The notes under the pieces were generated by a model that did not search any database, was not told where the DNA came from, and was given only the letters and a program-made list of their open reading frames with translations. Made by a program: the position numbers and the translations under genes. A stretch of 64,000 nt of DNA from an uncultured Bordetella sp. GTDB taxonomy: Bacteria > Pseudomonadota > Gammaproteobacteria > Burkholderiales > SG8-41. Location of the stretch: the NCBI GenBank assembly GCA_964433345.1, contig CAYSQJ010000001.1, positions 100,499-164,498 of the forward strand, given 5' to 3'. Below, piece by piece: positions 36,527 through 46,687 of the stretch; within the stretch, counting starts at the first letter, position 1, and the number at the start of each line of letters is the position of its first letter.

Positions 36527-37780
36527 ATGCCGCTGTTCGCCTTCGGACTCAACCACCATACCGCGCCGCTGGATGTGCGCGAACGGGTGGTATTCCATGC
36601 CGAGCAGCTGACCCAGGCACTGCGCGACCTGGTCGACCGCCGTCCGGTCAGCGAGGCGGCGATCATCTCCACCTGCAACCGCACCGAGGTTTATTGTTCG
36701 ACTGCGGATCCCGGAATTGCCGTCGACTGGCTCGCGGATTATCACCGCCTCAAGCCGGCACAGATCCAGCCCTATCTTTATGAGCTGCCGCAGGACCGCG
36801 CGGTCAAGCACGCCTTCCGCGTTGCCAGCGGCCTCGATTCGATGGTGCTGGGCGAGGCGCAGATCCTTGGCCAGTTCAAGAGCGCGGTGCGCTCCGCGGA
36901 GTCCGCCGGCACCATGGGCTGGCTGCTTAACAAGCTGTTCCAGCGCACGTTTTCGGTGGCGAAGACGGTGCGCAGCGAAACCAATATCGGCGCCAGCACG
37001 GTGTCGATGGCTGCAGCCGCGGTGCGGCTGGCCGAGCGCATCTATCCCAGCGTTGCAGGGCAGAGCGTGCTGTTTGTCGGCGCCGGCGAAATGATCGAGC
37101 TCGCGGCGACGCATTTCGCCGCCCATCACCCGAAGCGCATGACCTTCGCCAACCGCACCGCCGCGCGCGCGCAGCAGCTGGCCGACCGTTTTTTCGGTCA
37201 TGTCATGCCGCTCAACGACATCGCGGCCCAACTCGCCTTGTATGACATCGTGGTCTGCTGCACGGCGAGCCCGCTGCCGATCATCGGCAAGGGCCTGATG
37301 GAAAGCGCGCTGAAGGCGCGCAAGCACCGGCCGATGCTGATGTTCGACCTCGCGGTGCCGCGCGACGTCGAGGCCGAGGTTGGTGAGCTGGATGACGCCT
37401 TCCTCTATACCGTCGATGACCTCGGGCAGATCGCCCGCGAGGGCATGGACCATCGCAGCAACGCCGTCGCCCAGGCCGAAGTCATCATCGAGAACCAGGT
37501 GTCGGATTTCATGCACTGGCTGGGCAACCGCGACCTGGTGCCGACCATCCGCGCGCTGCGTGACAGCGCCGAACGGGCGCGCCGCCATGCCCTGGAGCGC
37601 GCGCAGCGGCGCATTGCACGAGGCGCCGAGCCGCAGCAGGTGCTCGACGAGCTGTCGCGGGCGCTGACCAACAAGTTCATGCACCCGCCCTCGCATGCGC
37701 TGAATCATGCCGCGCAGGATGAGCGTGACGAGCTCGCCGCGCTGATCGCGCGGCTCTACCAGATCCAGCGGCCCGAGTAG
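36527..37780 (+). CDS. hemA: Glutamyl-tRNA reductase
   Basis: [21 protein letters not shown]...[10 protein letters not shown]. Confidence 0.93.
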   Translation: MPLFAFGLNHHTAPLDVRERVVFHAEQLTQALRDLVDRRPVSEAAIISTCNRTEVYCSTADPGIAVDWLADYHRLKPAQIQPYLYELPQDRAVKHAFRVASGLDSMVLGEAQILGQFKSAVRSAESAGTMGWLLNKLFQRTFSVAKTVRSETNIGASTVSMAAAAVRLAERIYPSVAGQSVLFVGAGEMIELAATHFAAHHPKRMTFANRTAARAQQLADRFFGHVMPLNDIAAQLALYDIVVCCTASPLPIIGKGLMESALKARKHRPMLMFDLAVPRDVEAEVGELDDAFLYTVDDLGQIAREGMDHRSNAVAQAEVIIENQVSDFMHWLGNRDLVPTIRALRDSAERARRHALERAQRRIARGAEPQQVLDELSRALTNKFMHPPSHALNHAAQDERDELAALIARLYQIQRPE

Positions 37781-37827
37781 GTGCCGCGGCCCGCGCTTTT
37801 GTCGCGCGGCCATCACCGCCGTTCATC

Positions 37828-38913
37828 ATGAAACCCAGCATCGCATCCAAACTTGACCAGCTGTCCCTGCGCCTGGAGGAGGTCGGCCGTCTGCTGACCG
37901 CGGAGAACGTCGCCGCGGACATGGATCAGTACCGCCGGCTGACCCGCGAGCATGCCGAACTCGAGCCGGTGGTGGCGCTGTATCGCCAGTACCAGGCGAG
38001 CCTCGGCGACCTGAAGACCGCCGAGGACATGTCAAGCGATCCGGCGATGCGCGAGTTCGCCGAATTGGAAATTACCGAAACCAGGTCGCGCATCGAGGGT
38101 TTCGAGGCCGAACTGCAGAAGCTGCTGCTGCCGAAGGATCCCAACGACGAGCGCAACATTTTCCTCGAAGTGCGCGCCGGCACCGGCGGCGACGAGTCGG
38201 CGCTGTTCGCGGCCGAGCTGTTCCGCATGTATGCGCGCTTCGCCGAGCGCAAGCGCTGGCAGGTCGAAGTGATTTCGGAAAGTGCCTCGGACCTGGGCGG
38301 CTACCGCGAGATCATCGCCCGCATCATCGGCCACGGCGCGTATTCGAAACTGAAATTCGAGTCCGGCGGACATCGGGTGCAGCGAGTCCCGGTCACTGAA
38401 ACCCAGGGCCGCATCCACACTTCCGCCTGTACCGTCGCGGTGATGCCCGAGGCGGACGAGGTGGCCGAGGTGGTGCTCAATCCGGCGGAACTGCGCATCG
38501 ACACCTTCCGCGCGTCGGGCGCCGGCGGCCAGCACGTCAACAAGACCGACTCGGCGATCCGCATCACCCATCTGCCGACGGGGCTGGTGGTCGAGTGCCA
38601 GGACGACCGCTCCCAGCACAAGAACAAGGCGCGCGCGCTGGCAGTGCTGGCGGCGCGGCTGAAGGACCGGCAGCTGCGTGAGCAGCAATCGAAGGAAGCG
38701 GCGACGCGCAAATCCCTGATCGGCAGCGGCGACCGCTCCGAGCGTATCCGCACCTACAATTTTCCGCAGGGCCGCGTCACCGATCACCGCATCAACCTCA
38801 CGCTGTACAAGATCGCGCAGATCATCGACGGCGATCTCGACGAACTGGTCGATGCGCTGGCGGCCGAGCACCAGGCCGAGCAACTGGCCGAGCTCGCCGC
38901 CGAGAATCAATAA
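37828..38913 (+). CDS. prfA: Peptide chain release factor 1
   Basis: PxT-type decoding region and the GGQ motif ([10 protein letters not shown]). Confidence 0.96.
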   Translation: MKPSIASKLDQLSLRLEEVGRLLTAENVAADMDQYRRLTREHAELEPVVALYRQYQASLGDLKTAEDMSSDPAMREFAELEITETRSRIEGFEAELQKLLLPKDPNDERNIFLEVRAGTGGDESALFAAELFRMYARFAERKRWQVEVISESASDLGGYREIIARIIGHGAYSKLKFESGGHRVQRVPVTETQGRIHTSACTVAVMPEADEVAEVVLNPAELRIDTFRASGAGGQHVNKTDSAIRITHLPTGLVVECQDDRSQHKNKARALAVLAARLKDRQLREQQSKEAATRKSLIGSGDRSERIRTYNFPQGRVTDHRINLTLYKIAQIIDGDLDELVDALAAEHQAEQLAELAAENQ

Positions 38914-38920
38914 TAACCAA

Positions 38921-38940
38921 TTGATTTTATTGATAATTTT
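38921..38940. repeat. AT-rich 20-bp element, copy d (TTGATTTTATTGATAATTTT)
   Basis: Fills the prfA-prmC spacer and ends at the prmC ATG. Confidence 0.65.
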
Positions 38941-39780
38941 ATGCGGACTGCGATGACGATCGCCGCAGTGCTGGCCGAGGCACAGGCAGCGATCGGCCGC
39001 AGCGAAGCGCGCCTGCTGCTGCGTCACCAGCTGCGTTGCGATGATGCCTGGCTGATTGCCCACGGCGATGAGAGTTGCGCCGACAGCGACGTGCAGGCTT
39101 TGCGCGCGCGGGTCGCGCGCCGCGTCGCCGGAGAGCCGGTGGCCTACATCACCGGCACGCGCGAATTCTACGGCCGCGAGTTCGCGGTAAGTCCCGCCGT
39201 GCTGATCCCGCGACCGGAAACAGAGATGCTGGTCGAGCTCGCATTGCAGCGCCTGCCGCGCGGCGCCACCGTGCTCGATCTCGGCACCGGCAGCGGCTGC
39301 ATCGGCGTGACGCTGGCCGCCGAGCGTCCCGACCTGCGGCTTACCCTGATCGATGCCTCGGCCGAAGCGCTGGAGCTTGCGCAGGCAAATGCGCGGCGCT
39401 GGGCGCCGGCCAACACGACATTGCTGCAGAGCGACTGGTTCTCGGCGCTGTCGGGTCAGCGCTTCGCGATGATCGTGTCGAATCCGCCGTACATTGCTTC
39501 TGGCGACAGCCATCTCGCGCAGGGCGACCTGCGCTTCGAGCCGCGCGCGGCGCTGGTCGCGGGCGATGACGGGCTCGAGGATATCCGCGGCATTGTCACT
39601 TCCGCACCGGCGCATCTCGCAGCCGGGGGCTGGCTGCTGTTCGAACATGGCTACGACCAGCATGCCGCATGCACTGCCCTGCTGCAGCAGGCGGGTTATC
39701 GCGAAGTATTCTCGGCGCGCGATCTCGCCGGCATCCTCCGCGTCAGCGGCGGGCGGCTGGCGGAGGACAGCAATGGCTGA
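38941..39780 (+). CDS. prmC: Release-factor glutamine N5-methyltransferase
   Basis: NPPY motif (IVSNPPYI) and SAM motif DLGTGSG, immediately downstream of prfA. Confidence 0.92.
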   Translation: MRTAMTIAAVLAEAQAAIGRSEARLLLRHQLRCDDAWLIAHGDESCADSDVQALRARVARRVAGEPVAYITGTREFYGREFAVSPAVLIPRPETEMLVELALQRLPRGATVLDLGTGSGCIGVTLAAERPDLRLTLIDASAEALELAQANARRWAPANTTLLQSDWFSALSGQRFAMIVSNPPYIASGDSHLAQGDLRFEPRAALVAGDDGLEDIRGIVTSAPAHLAAGGWLLFEHGYDQHAACTALLQQAGYREVFSARDLAGILRVSGGRLAEDSNG

Positions 39781-40432
39781 AACCGGGGATGATCCGCGGG
39801 ACCGCGCCATGCAGCGGCTGCGGCAGGCAGAACGTCTGCGCGAAATCTACGAGCACCATGTGGTGCGTTTCCGCGCCTTGGCAATGGAGGAACCGCTGGC
39901 ACTGGCTCGCGCCGCCCATGCCGAGATGGACGACTTGCTCGCGGAAAGCCACCGTCAGCCCGGCGCCGAAGCCGTCCGGTGCAGGCGCGGCTGCAGCCAT
40001 TGCTGCCATGGACCGGTGGAAATCCGGCCGCAGGAGGCAGCGCTGCTGGTCGAGCATTTGCGTACGGCCGGCTTGACGCTCGACATCGCCCGGGTCGAGC
40101 GCCAGAGCCGCCACGGCGTCGAGACCTGGCGCGAACAGCCTGAGGCGGACCAGGCCTGCGTGTTCCTCGACGGGGAAGGTGCCTGCGAGGTGTATGAGGT
40201 CCGGCCCAACACCTGCCGCAAGCTGCTGGTGACCAGCGATCCGCGACATTGCGACATCAGCCGCGGCGAGTACGAGCAGATTGAGCGTCGCTTCTGCTGG
40301 GAGGCTGAAATGATGGAGTCGGCGGCGCTGGAAGTGTTCGGCCTGCGGTTGTTGCCGAAAGCGCTGCTGGCGGCATTGCGCGAAGGAGGCGGTGAGGGCA
40401 CGCCCGTTGACCATGCCGCGCCGCCTCGTTAA
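39773..40432 (+). CDS. YkgJ-family cysteine-cluster (CxxCxxCC) protein
   Basis: RCRRGCSHCCHG plus the downstream CVFLD..GACEVYEVRPNTCR. ATG 39773 overlaps the prmC stop by 8 nt. Confidence 0.65.
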   Translation: MAETGDDPRDRAMQRLRQAERLREIYEHHVVRFRALAMEEPLALARAAHAEMDDLLAESHRQPGAEAVRCRRGCSHCCHGPVEIRPQEAALLVEHLRTAGLTLDIARVERQSRHGVETWREQPEADQACVFLDGEGACEVYEVRPNTCRKLLVTSDPRHCDISRGEYEQIERRFCWEAEMMESAALEVFGLRLLPKALLAALREGGGEGTPVDHAAPPR

Positions 40433-40474
40433 ACTTCAATCCCGATCGTTTTAGTCAAGTTCAGGAGTTATGCC

Positions 40475-40783
40475 ATGTCGGTCCAGGACACCATCAAAAA
40501 CCAGGTCACCAGCCACAAGGTCGTGCTGTACATGAAAGGCTCGCCTGATTTCCCGCAGTGCGGCTTCTCGGCGAACGCCGTCAACATCCTGCGCGCCTGC
40601 GGCGTCGACCAGCCCTTCACCGTCAACGTGCTCGAGGATCCGGAAATCCGCCAGGGCATCAAGCAGTATGCCAACTGGCCGACCATCCCCCAGCTCTACG
40701 TCAACGGCGAATTCGTCGGTGGCTCGGATATCCTCTCGGAGATGTACCAGAGCGGCGAACTGCAGAAGATGCTGCAGGGCTGA
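40475..40783 (+). CDS. grxD: Monothiol glutaredoxin (Grx4 family)
   Basis: CGFS active site (PQCGFS) and [16 protein letters not shown]. Confidence 0.95.
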   Translation: MSVQDTIKNQVTSHKVVLYMKGSPDFPQCGFSANAVNILRACGVDQPFTVNVLEDPEIRQGIKQYANWPTIPQLYVNGEFVGGSDILSEMYQSGELQKMLQG

Positions 40784-40803
40784 GCAGCTTGACCCGTTTC
40801 ACG

Positions 40804-40830
40804 AAAAGCCGGCAGCCGCCGGCTTTTTTC
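40804..40830. terminator. Bidirectional rho-independent terminator (grxD / tauE-like)
   Basis: AAAAGCCGGC-AGCC-GCCGGCTTTTTT, with an A-tract before the stem and a T-tract after it. Confidence 0.8.
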
Positions 40831-41605
40831 ATGCCTGCAGATGGTCCCAGGCGACCTGCACGAGCAGGATCAGTGCCATGGTCAGCAGCATGCGCTGCAT
40901 CCACAGGCGGTAAGTCGCGCCGTCGATGCGGCTGCGCACGCTGGAGCCCTGCCAGCTGGCGAAGGTGGCGACCACCGCCAGCGGCAGCGTCAGCAGCCAT
41001 TGCTCCATCGTCGCGATGCCGCTGGGCGCGAGCGTAGCGAACTGGGTGGCCTTGCCGGTGAAGAATGAAATATTCATCGCCGGCACCAGCAGCAGCGGCT
41101 GCAGGCCGATGCCGAGGTAATAGATGATCAGCGGCGGCGCGGCGATATTGGCGGTCGATTCGCTGAGGCCCCCGAGGAAGCCGAACATCAGGCCGAAGGA
41201 TTTTTCATTACGCTGCATCAGCGGCCACTGTGAAAGGCCGAGGCGCTGCAGGTTCAGATAGAACAGGATCACGCCCGCCAGCAGCAGTGCATAGGGAAAT
41301 CCGGGAAACAGCACGAACAGCCTCGCGCCGGCGGCGGCACCGAGCAGCGCGACTATCGATATCCACCAGAAGCGCTGCAGGATGGCGGCGAAGCCGGGGC
41401 TGCGCAGGATGCTGACGATGACCGTGGCGATGCACGGAATCAGCACCATGACCACGGCGACCTGCATGTTCGTTGCAGCGGCAATCAGCGGCGTGGCAAT
41501 CATCGGGAAGCCGAGGCCCAGCGCGCCCTGGATCCAGCCGGCGACGGCGATCACGACCGCGACGTACGCGATCAGCCAGGGTGACAGGGATTCGAGTCCG
41601 GCCAC
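40829..41605 (-). CDS. TauE/SafE (TSUP) family sulfite/anion exporter
   Basis: 258-aa multi-pass membrane protein. [19 protein letters not shown] resembles the TSUP/DUF81 signature. Confidence 0.7.
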   Translation of the reverse strand: MAGLESLSPWLIAYVAVVIAVAGWIQGALGLGFPMIATPLIAAATNMQVAVVMVLIPCIATVIVSILRSPGFAAILQRFWWISIVALLGAAAGARLFVLFPGFPYALLLAGVILFYLNLQRLGLSQWPLMQRNEKSFGLMFGFLGGLSESTANIAAPPLIIYYLGIGLQPLLLVPAMNISFFTGKATQFATLAPSGIATMEQWLLTLPLAVVATFASWQGSSVRSRIDGATYRLWMQRMLLTMALILLVQVAWDHLQA

Positions 41606-41614
41606 GGCGGCGTT

Positions 41615-44600
41615 TCAGGCCGCGGTGCGGGCGCGCTTCAGCGCGAGGGCGACGACTTCGGCAATGTGCAGCGCGTCGCGATCCGACAGCTGCGCGATCT
41701 GTTCGCGGCAGCTGTAACCGCTGGCGACGATCAGGGTTTTTTCGCTGGCGGCACGCACGGCGGGCAGCAGCGCGGATTCCGCGGCTTTCACCGAAACCTC
41801 GTAATGGCGTGGATTGAAGCCGAAGGCGCCGGCCATGCCGCAGCAGCCGGTTTCGACGCTGTGCGCGCGGATGCCGAGGCGCTTGAGCAAGGCCATTTCG
41901 GCAGCCATGCCGAATACCGATTTCTGGTGGCAGTGCCCGTGCACCAGCGCGTCGCCGTCCAGCTGCGGCGCGTCCCAGTCCGGTACCGCCATCAGGAAGT
42001 CGCTGAACAGGTGGACCTGTGTGCTCAGGCGCCGCGCCAGCGGATCGTCCGGGAAAAAATTCAGCAGCTCATCGCGGAACACCGACAGGCAGGCCGGCTC
42101 GAGCCCGACCACCGGCACGCCGGCACGGATGTCATCGCCCAGCACTTCGAGGATCTGGCGCAGGTGATCGCGCGCGGAATCGAGCATGCCGAAGTCATAG
42201 AGCGGCCGGCCGCAGCACAACTGGCGGGAGGGCACGGTGACCGTGTAACCCAGTGCCTCGAGCACTTCCACCGCAGCGGCCGCCGAACCCGGATGGAAAT
42301 GGTTGTTGAAAGTGTCGGCCCAGAGAATGATCCGGCCGCGGCCCTGAACGGCCTGTGGGGCCTGCCTGCGACGCAGGAACCAGCGGCGGAAACTGCGCCG
42401 CGCGAACTTCGGGATATCGCGCTGGCGGGCGACGCCGGCGCAGAGCTTGAGCAGTGCCGACAGTCCCGGCGCATGCGTCAGCAGGTTGACCAGGCGCGGC
42501 GCGATGGAGGCAAGTCGCGCCCAGCGGCTGATCCAGCCCATCGTGTAGGCCTGCACCGGGCGCAGCCGGCCGAGGTAATGGTGGTGCAGGAACTCGGCCT
42601 TGTACGCGGCCATGTCGGTATGGGTCGGACAGTCACTGCGGCAGCCCTTGCAGGCGAGGCAGAGATCCAGTGCCTCGCGGACTTCCTCGCTCTGCCAGCC
42701 GTCGCGGATGACTTCGCCGCGCAGCATTTCGGCGAGCAGCCGGGCGCGGCCCCGGGTTGAATAGCGTTCCTCGCGCGTCGCGCGATAGCTGGGACACATC
42801 ACGCCGCCGGCATGTGCCCGGCATTTGCCCATGCCGACGCAGCGCTCGACCGCGCGGTTGAATCCCGCGCCCTCGAGGCTCTTGAACGCAAATTGGGTCT
42901 GCGGCCGCCACGGGTGGTAGTCCGGTCCGTATTTCAGGTTCTCGTCGGCGCGGTAGGGATCGATGACCTTGCCCGGATTCATGCGATTGTCCGGATCCCA
43001 GATCGCCTTGAACTCGCGGAAGGCCTGTATCAATTCCTCGCCGTACATCACCGGCAGGAATTCCGCCTTGGCCTGGCCGTCGCCGTGCTCGCCGGACAGC
43101 GAGCCGCCGTACTTGACGACCAGTTCGGCGGCCTGGCGCAGGAAGCTGCGCCAGACCTGGATGCCTTCGGCCGAGCGGGTGTCGAAGGTGATGCGCGCAT
43201 GGATGCAGCCGTCACCGAAATGGCCGTACAGCGAGGTCTTGTAGCCATGGCGGTCGACCAGTGCCTGGAATTCGCGCAGGTAGTCGCCCAGGCGCAGCGG
43301 ATCGACCGCGGCATCCTCCCAGCCGACGACCGGATCCGGTTCATCGGGATGGATGGTGAGCGCGGTGGCCGAGGCTGCGGTTTCGCGGATGGTCCAGATG
43401 CGTTCGCACATCGCCGGATCGGTGATCAGCCACGACGAAGGCGATGGGGTCCTGCCGGCATAATGCGCGACCAGCGCCTCGGCCTGAGCGCTCGCGGCCT
43501 CGACCGTTGCCGCGCCGAACTCGATCATGATCCAGGCATTGCCCGGCGGCAGCAGCGCAATGTCGGCGCCGCGCAGCCCGCGTTCGCGCAGGCCGCCGAT
43601 GATGCGCTCGTCGAGACCTTCGGTGGCGATCGGCTGGAAGGGGAGAATTTCGGGAACCGCGTCGCCGGCCTGATAGATGTCGGGGAAACCGAGCACCAGA
43701 ATTACCCGCGACTGCGGACTGGGCACCAGCCGCGTCTTTGCTTCCAGCGTGATGACGCAGGTGCCTTCCGTGCCGACCAGCGCGCGCGCGACGTTGAAAC
43801 CGTTTTCCGGCAGCAGCTGGTCGAGGTTGTATCCGGAGACGCGGCGCTTGATTTTCGGAAAGCGCGCGCGGATCAGGTCGGCGTACTTGTCGCGCAGATC
43901 GCGCAGCTGGCGGTAGATTTCTCCGCGGCGGCCGCCGCCGCGGATGATGCGCACCAGTTCGTCTTCGGGAGTCGGGCCGACGGTCAGGCGCAGGCCGTCC
44001 CAGGTGAGGATGTCCAGCGTCTCGATGTTGTCGACGGTCTTGCCGGCCATCACCGAATGCGCGCCGCAGGAATTGTTGCCGATCATTCCGCCCAGCGTGC
44101 AGCGGCTGTGGGTTGCCGGATCGGGGCCGAAAGTCAGCGCGTGCATCTCCGCGGCATCGCGCAGGGTGTCGCAGACGGCGCCCGGCTCCACTCTTGCGGT
44201 GCGGGCGACCGGGTCGACTTCAAGCACTCGGTTCAGGTATTTCGAGGTGTCGATGACCACGGCGACGTTGACGCACTGGCCGTTCTGCGAGGTGCCGCCG
44301 CCGCGCGGCAGGATCGGCACGCCGAATTCGCGGCAGACATCGACTGTTTCGATGATGTCTTCGATGTTGCGGGGGAGCACCACGCCGATCGGGACCTGGC
44401 GGTAGTTCGACGCGTCGGCGGAATAGCTCGCCCTGGCAGCAGTGTCGAAGCGGACTTCGCCGCTGATGCGGCCGGCCAGCGTCTCGGCGAGGGCGGAAAC
44501 GTCGGCGTCCGCCAGCGTTAGTGGATCGGTGGGGGCGTTCAAGTCAGTCTGGAGCCGGGGTGGACGGGGGGACGGGCAGGCAGCATCGGCGCGATTGTAG

Positions 44601-44635
44601 CCTGCCCCGCAAGCACTGTCTGAAAACGCAGCCAA
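41615..44635 (-). CDS. Fused FAD-binding (GlcD-like) and Fe-S/CCG (GlcF-like) oxidoreductase, YdiJ-like
   Basis: ~1000 aa. FAD-PCMH N-terminal part (VLPRNIEDIIETV...PRGGGTS) and C-terminal Cys clusters (CVGMGKCRA...CPS, CLACKGCRSDCP). The start codon is uncertain. Confidence 0.8.
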   Translation of the reverse strand: MAAFSDSACGAGYNRADAACPSPRPPRLQTDLNAPTDPLTLADADVSALAETLAGRISGEVRFDTAARASYSADASNYRQVPIGVVLPRNIEDIIETVDVCREFGVPILPRGGGTSQNGQCVNVAVVIDTSKYLNRVLEVDPVARTARVEPGAVCDTLRDAAEMHALTFGPDPATHSRCTLGGMIGNNSCGAHSVMAGKTVDNIETLDILTWDGLRLTVGPTPEDELVRIIRGGGRRGEIYRQLRDLRDKYADLIRARFPKIKRRVSGYNLDQLLPENGFNVARALVGTEGTCVITLEAKTRLVPSPQSRVILVLGFPDIYQAGDAVPEILPFQPIATEGLDERIIGGLRERGLRGADIALLPPGNAWIMIEFGAATVEAASAQAEALVAHYAGRTPSPSSWLITDPAMCERIWTIRETAASATALTIHPDEPDPVVGWEDAAVDPLRLGDYLREFQALVDRHGYKTSLYGHFGDGCIHARITFDTRSAEGIQVWRSFLRQAAELVVKYGGSLSGEHGDGQAKAEFLPVMYGEELIQAFREFKAIWDPDNRMNPGKVIDPYRADENLKYGPDYHPWRPQTQFAFKSLEGAGFNRAVERCVGMGKCRAHAGGVMCPSYRATREERYSTRGRARLLAEMLRGEVIRDGWQSEEVREALDLCLACKGCRSDCPTHTDMAAYKAEFLHHHYLGRLRPVQAYTMGWISRWARLASIAPRLVNLLTHAPGLSALLKLCAGVARQRDIPKFARRSFRRWFLRRRQAPQAVQGRGRIILWADTFNNHFHPGSAAAAVEVLEALGYTVTVPSRQLCCGRPLYDFGMLDSARDHLRQILEVLGDDIRAGVPVVGLEPACLSVFRDELLNFFPDDPLARRLSTQVHLFSDFLMAVPDWDAPQLDGDALVHGHCHQKSVFGMAAEMALLKRLGIRAHSVETGCCGMAGAFGFNPRHYEVSVKAAESALLPAVRAASEKTLIVASGYSCREQIAQLSDRDALHIAEVVALALKRARTAA

Positions 44636-44712
44636 AACAATGGCTTGTGCAATTTGCCGGTTCTCGGCGCTGTTGACGAAAACCTATTTTAAACAAGTGC
44701 TTGCGGATGTTT

Positions 44713-44728
44713 GTGCAAGCGCTTGCAC
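44713..44728. promoter_or_regulatory. Perfect 16-bp palindrome GTGCAAGCGCTTGCAC; candidate LacI-family operator
   Basis: Located in the divergent ydiJ-like/xsc intergenic region, ~135 nt upstream of xsc. The central CG and AAGCGCTT core fit LacI-type operators. Confidence 0.45.
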
Positions 44729-44862
44729 GCATTGGGCCGGCCGGCGTATCATGCGGGACCGACGGCTGGAAATCCCGGCCGGCAGGATCAGGAATCCAAA
44801 CTGCTGATGCGGAGGGTGCCGGTGTGGCGCCCTCCGCTCTTTTCACTCCGGAGGATGTACCC

Positions 44863-46635
44863 ATGAATACCATGGCAGATACCAAGAACATGGCCAAAGC
44901 GTCCGCCGCCGGCGGCAAACTGCGGATGACGCCGTCCGAAGCTTTCGTCGAAACGCTGGTGGCGCAGGGGGTGAAGGACACCTTCGGCATCGTCGGTTCG
45001 GCCTACATGGATGCCCACGACCTGTTTCCCCTGGCCGGCATCCGCTTCCTTTCGGTGGCGCACGAGCAGAACGCCGCGCACATGGCTGACGGGTACTCGA
45101 GGGTCACCGGCAAGCACGGTGTATGCATTGCGCAGAACGGCCCCGGCATCACCAATTTCGTGACCGGCATTGCCGCCGCCTACTGGGCGCATTCGCCGGT
45201 GGTCTGCGTGACTCCGGAATCGGGCAGTCTGAGCATGGGACTGGGCGGCTTCCAGGAAACGGAACAGATGCCGATCTTTTCCAAGATCACCAAGTGGCAG
45301 GTGCACGTCAATTCGCCGCTGCGTATCGCCGAACTGACCGGACGTGCCTTCGACATCGCGATGGCGGAACGCGGCCCGGTTCAGGTCAACATCCCGCGCG
45401 ACTATTTCTACGGCGAGGGCGAATACGAGATTCCGCAGCCGCACAAGCTGGAGCGTTCCGCGGGCGGGCCGGAGTCGCTGGATGCTGCGGCGAAAATGCT
45501 CGCCAAGGCCAAGTTTCCCGTCATCCTGTCCGGCGGCGGCGTGATCATGGCCAACGGCATCAAGGAGTGCGCTGCACTGGCCGAGTATCTGACCGCTCCG
45601 GTGGTCAATTCCTACCTGCACAACGATTCCTTCCCGGCGAGCCATCCGCTGTCCTGCGGGCCGCTGGGTTACCAGGGCTCGAAGGCCGCGATGAAACTGA
45701 TCGCGAAAGCCGACGTCGTGCTCGCGCTGGGTTCGCGCCTCGGACCCTTCGGCACCTTGCCCCAGCACGGTCTCGATTACTGGCCGAAGAACGCCAAGAT
45801 CATCCAGGTCGATGCCGATTCGCGCATGCTCGGGCTGGTCAAGAAAACCACGATCGGCATCTGCGGCGACGCGAAGCTTGCCGCGGTGGCGCTGCTCGGA
45901 CGCATCAAGGCGATCGCCAAAATGACGCCCAACAAGGCGCGGCTGGCCGAGATCCAGAAGGAGAAAAAGGCCTGGACCGAGGAACTGGACAAATGGCCAT
46001 CGCCGAACACCAAGACCCGCATCGGCCCGCGCCAGGCGCTGGCGGCGCTGGCCCGTGCAATGCCGAAAAACGCGATGGTTGCCACGGACATCGGCAACGT
46101 CTGTTCGGTTTCCAACAGCTACCTGCATTTCGAGCAGGCGCCCTCCTTCCTCGCCGCGATGAGCTTCGGCAACTGCGGTTATGCCTTCCCGGCCGCAATG
46201 GGCGCCAAGGTCGGCCGTCCCGACCGTCCGGCGATCGCCTATGTCGGTGACGGCGCCTGGGGCATGAGCCTCAATGAAGTGATGACCTGCGTGCGGGAGA
46301 AGATCCCGGTGATTGCCGTGGTTTTCAACAACGGCCAGTGGGGCGCGGAAAAGAAGAACCAGGTCGACTATTTCGAGAACCGATTCCTCGGCACCAACCT
46401 GCAGAATCCGAATTTCGCCGAAGTGGCGGAATCGATGGGTGCGCAGGGGCTGACGGTGGAACATGTCGACGAAGTGGGCGACGCGCTGCGCGCGGCCGTG
46501 CGCTCCAACAAGCCCACGGTCATCAACATGATGCTGACCCAGGAACTCGGCGACCCCTTCCGCCGCGATGCCTTCCGCCAGCCGAAGCGCTTGCTGCCGA
46601 AATACCGCAAGTACAGCGCGAAGCAGTACCGTTGA
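44863..46635 (+). CDS. xsc: Sulfoacetaldehyde acetyltransferase (ThDP-dependent)
   Basis: MTPSEAFVETLV...NIPRDYFYGE...GPLGYQGSKAAMKLIA...ELGDPFRRDA closely follows the Xsc sequences I recall. 590 aa from ATG 44863, which has a GGAGGA ribosome-binding site. Confidence 0.85.
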   Translation: MNTMADTKNMAKASAAGGKLRMTPSEAFVETLVAQGVKDTFGIVGSAYMDAHDLFPLAGIRFLSVAHEQNAAHMADGYSRVTGKHGVCIAQNGPGITNFVTGIAAAYWAHSPVVCVTPESGSLSMGLGGFQETEQMPIFSKITKWQVHVNSPLRIAELTGRAFDIAMAERGPVQVNIPRDYFYGEGEYEIPQPHKLERSAGGPESLDAAAKMLAKAKFPVILSGGGVIMANGIKECAALAEYLTAPVVNSYLHNDSFPASHPLSCGPLGYQGSKAAMKLIAKADVVLALGSRLGPFGTLPQHGLDYWPKNAKIIQVDADSRMLGLVKKTTIGICGDAKLAAVALLGRIKAIAKMTPNKARLAEIQKEKKAWTEELDKWPSPNTKTRIGPRQALAALARAMPKNAMVATDIGNVCSVSNSYLHFEQAPSFLAAMSFGNCGYAFPAAMGAKVGRPDRPAIAYVGDGAWGMSLNEVMTCVREKIPVIAVVFNNGQWGAEKKNQVDYFENRFLGTNLQNPNFAEVAESMGAQGLTVEHVDEVGDALRAAVRSNKPTVINMMLTQELGDPFRRDAFRQPKRLLPKYRKYSAKQYR

Positions 46636-46656
46636 AGGTGGTGCTCACGCATCCGC

Positions 46657-46682
46657 AAAGCCGGCGCGAGCCGGCTTTTTTT
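46657..46682 (+). terminator. Rho-independent terminator after xsc
   Basis: AAAGCCGGC-GCGA-GCCGGCTTT with a T7 run. Confidence 0.8.
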
Positions 46683-46687
46683 CTCCG

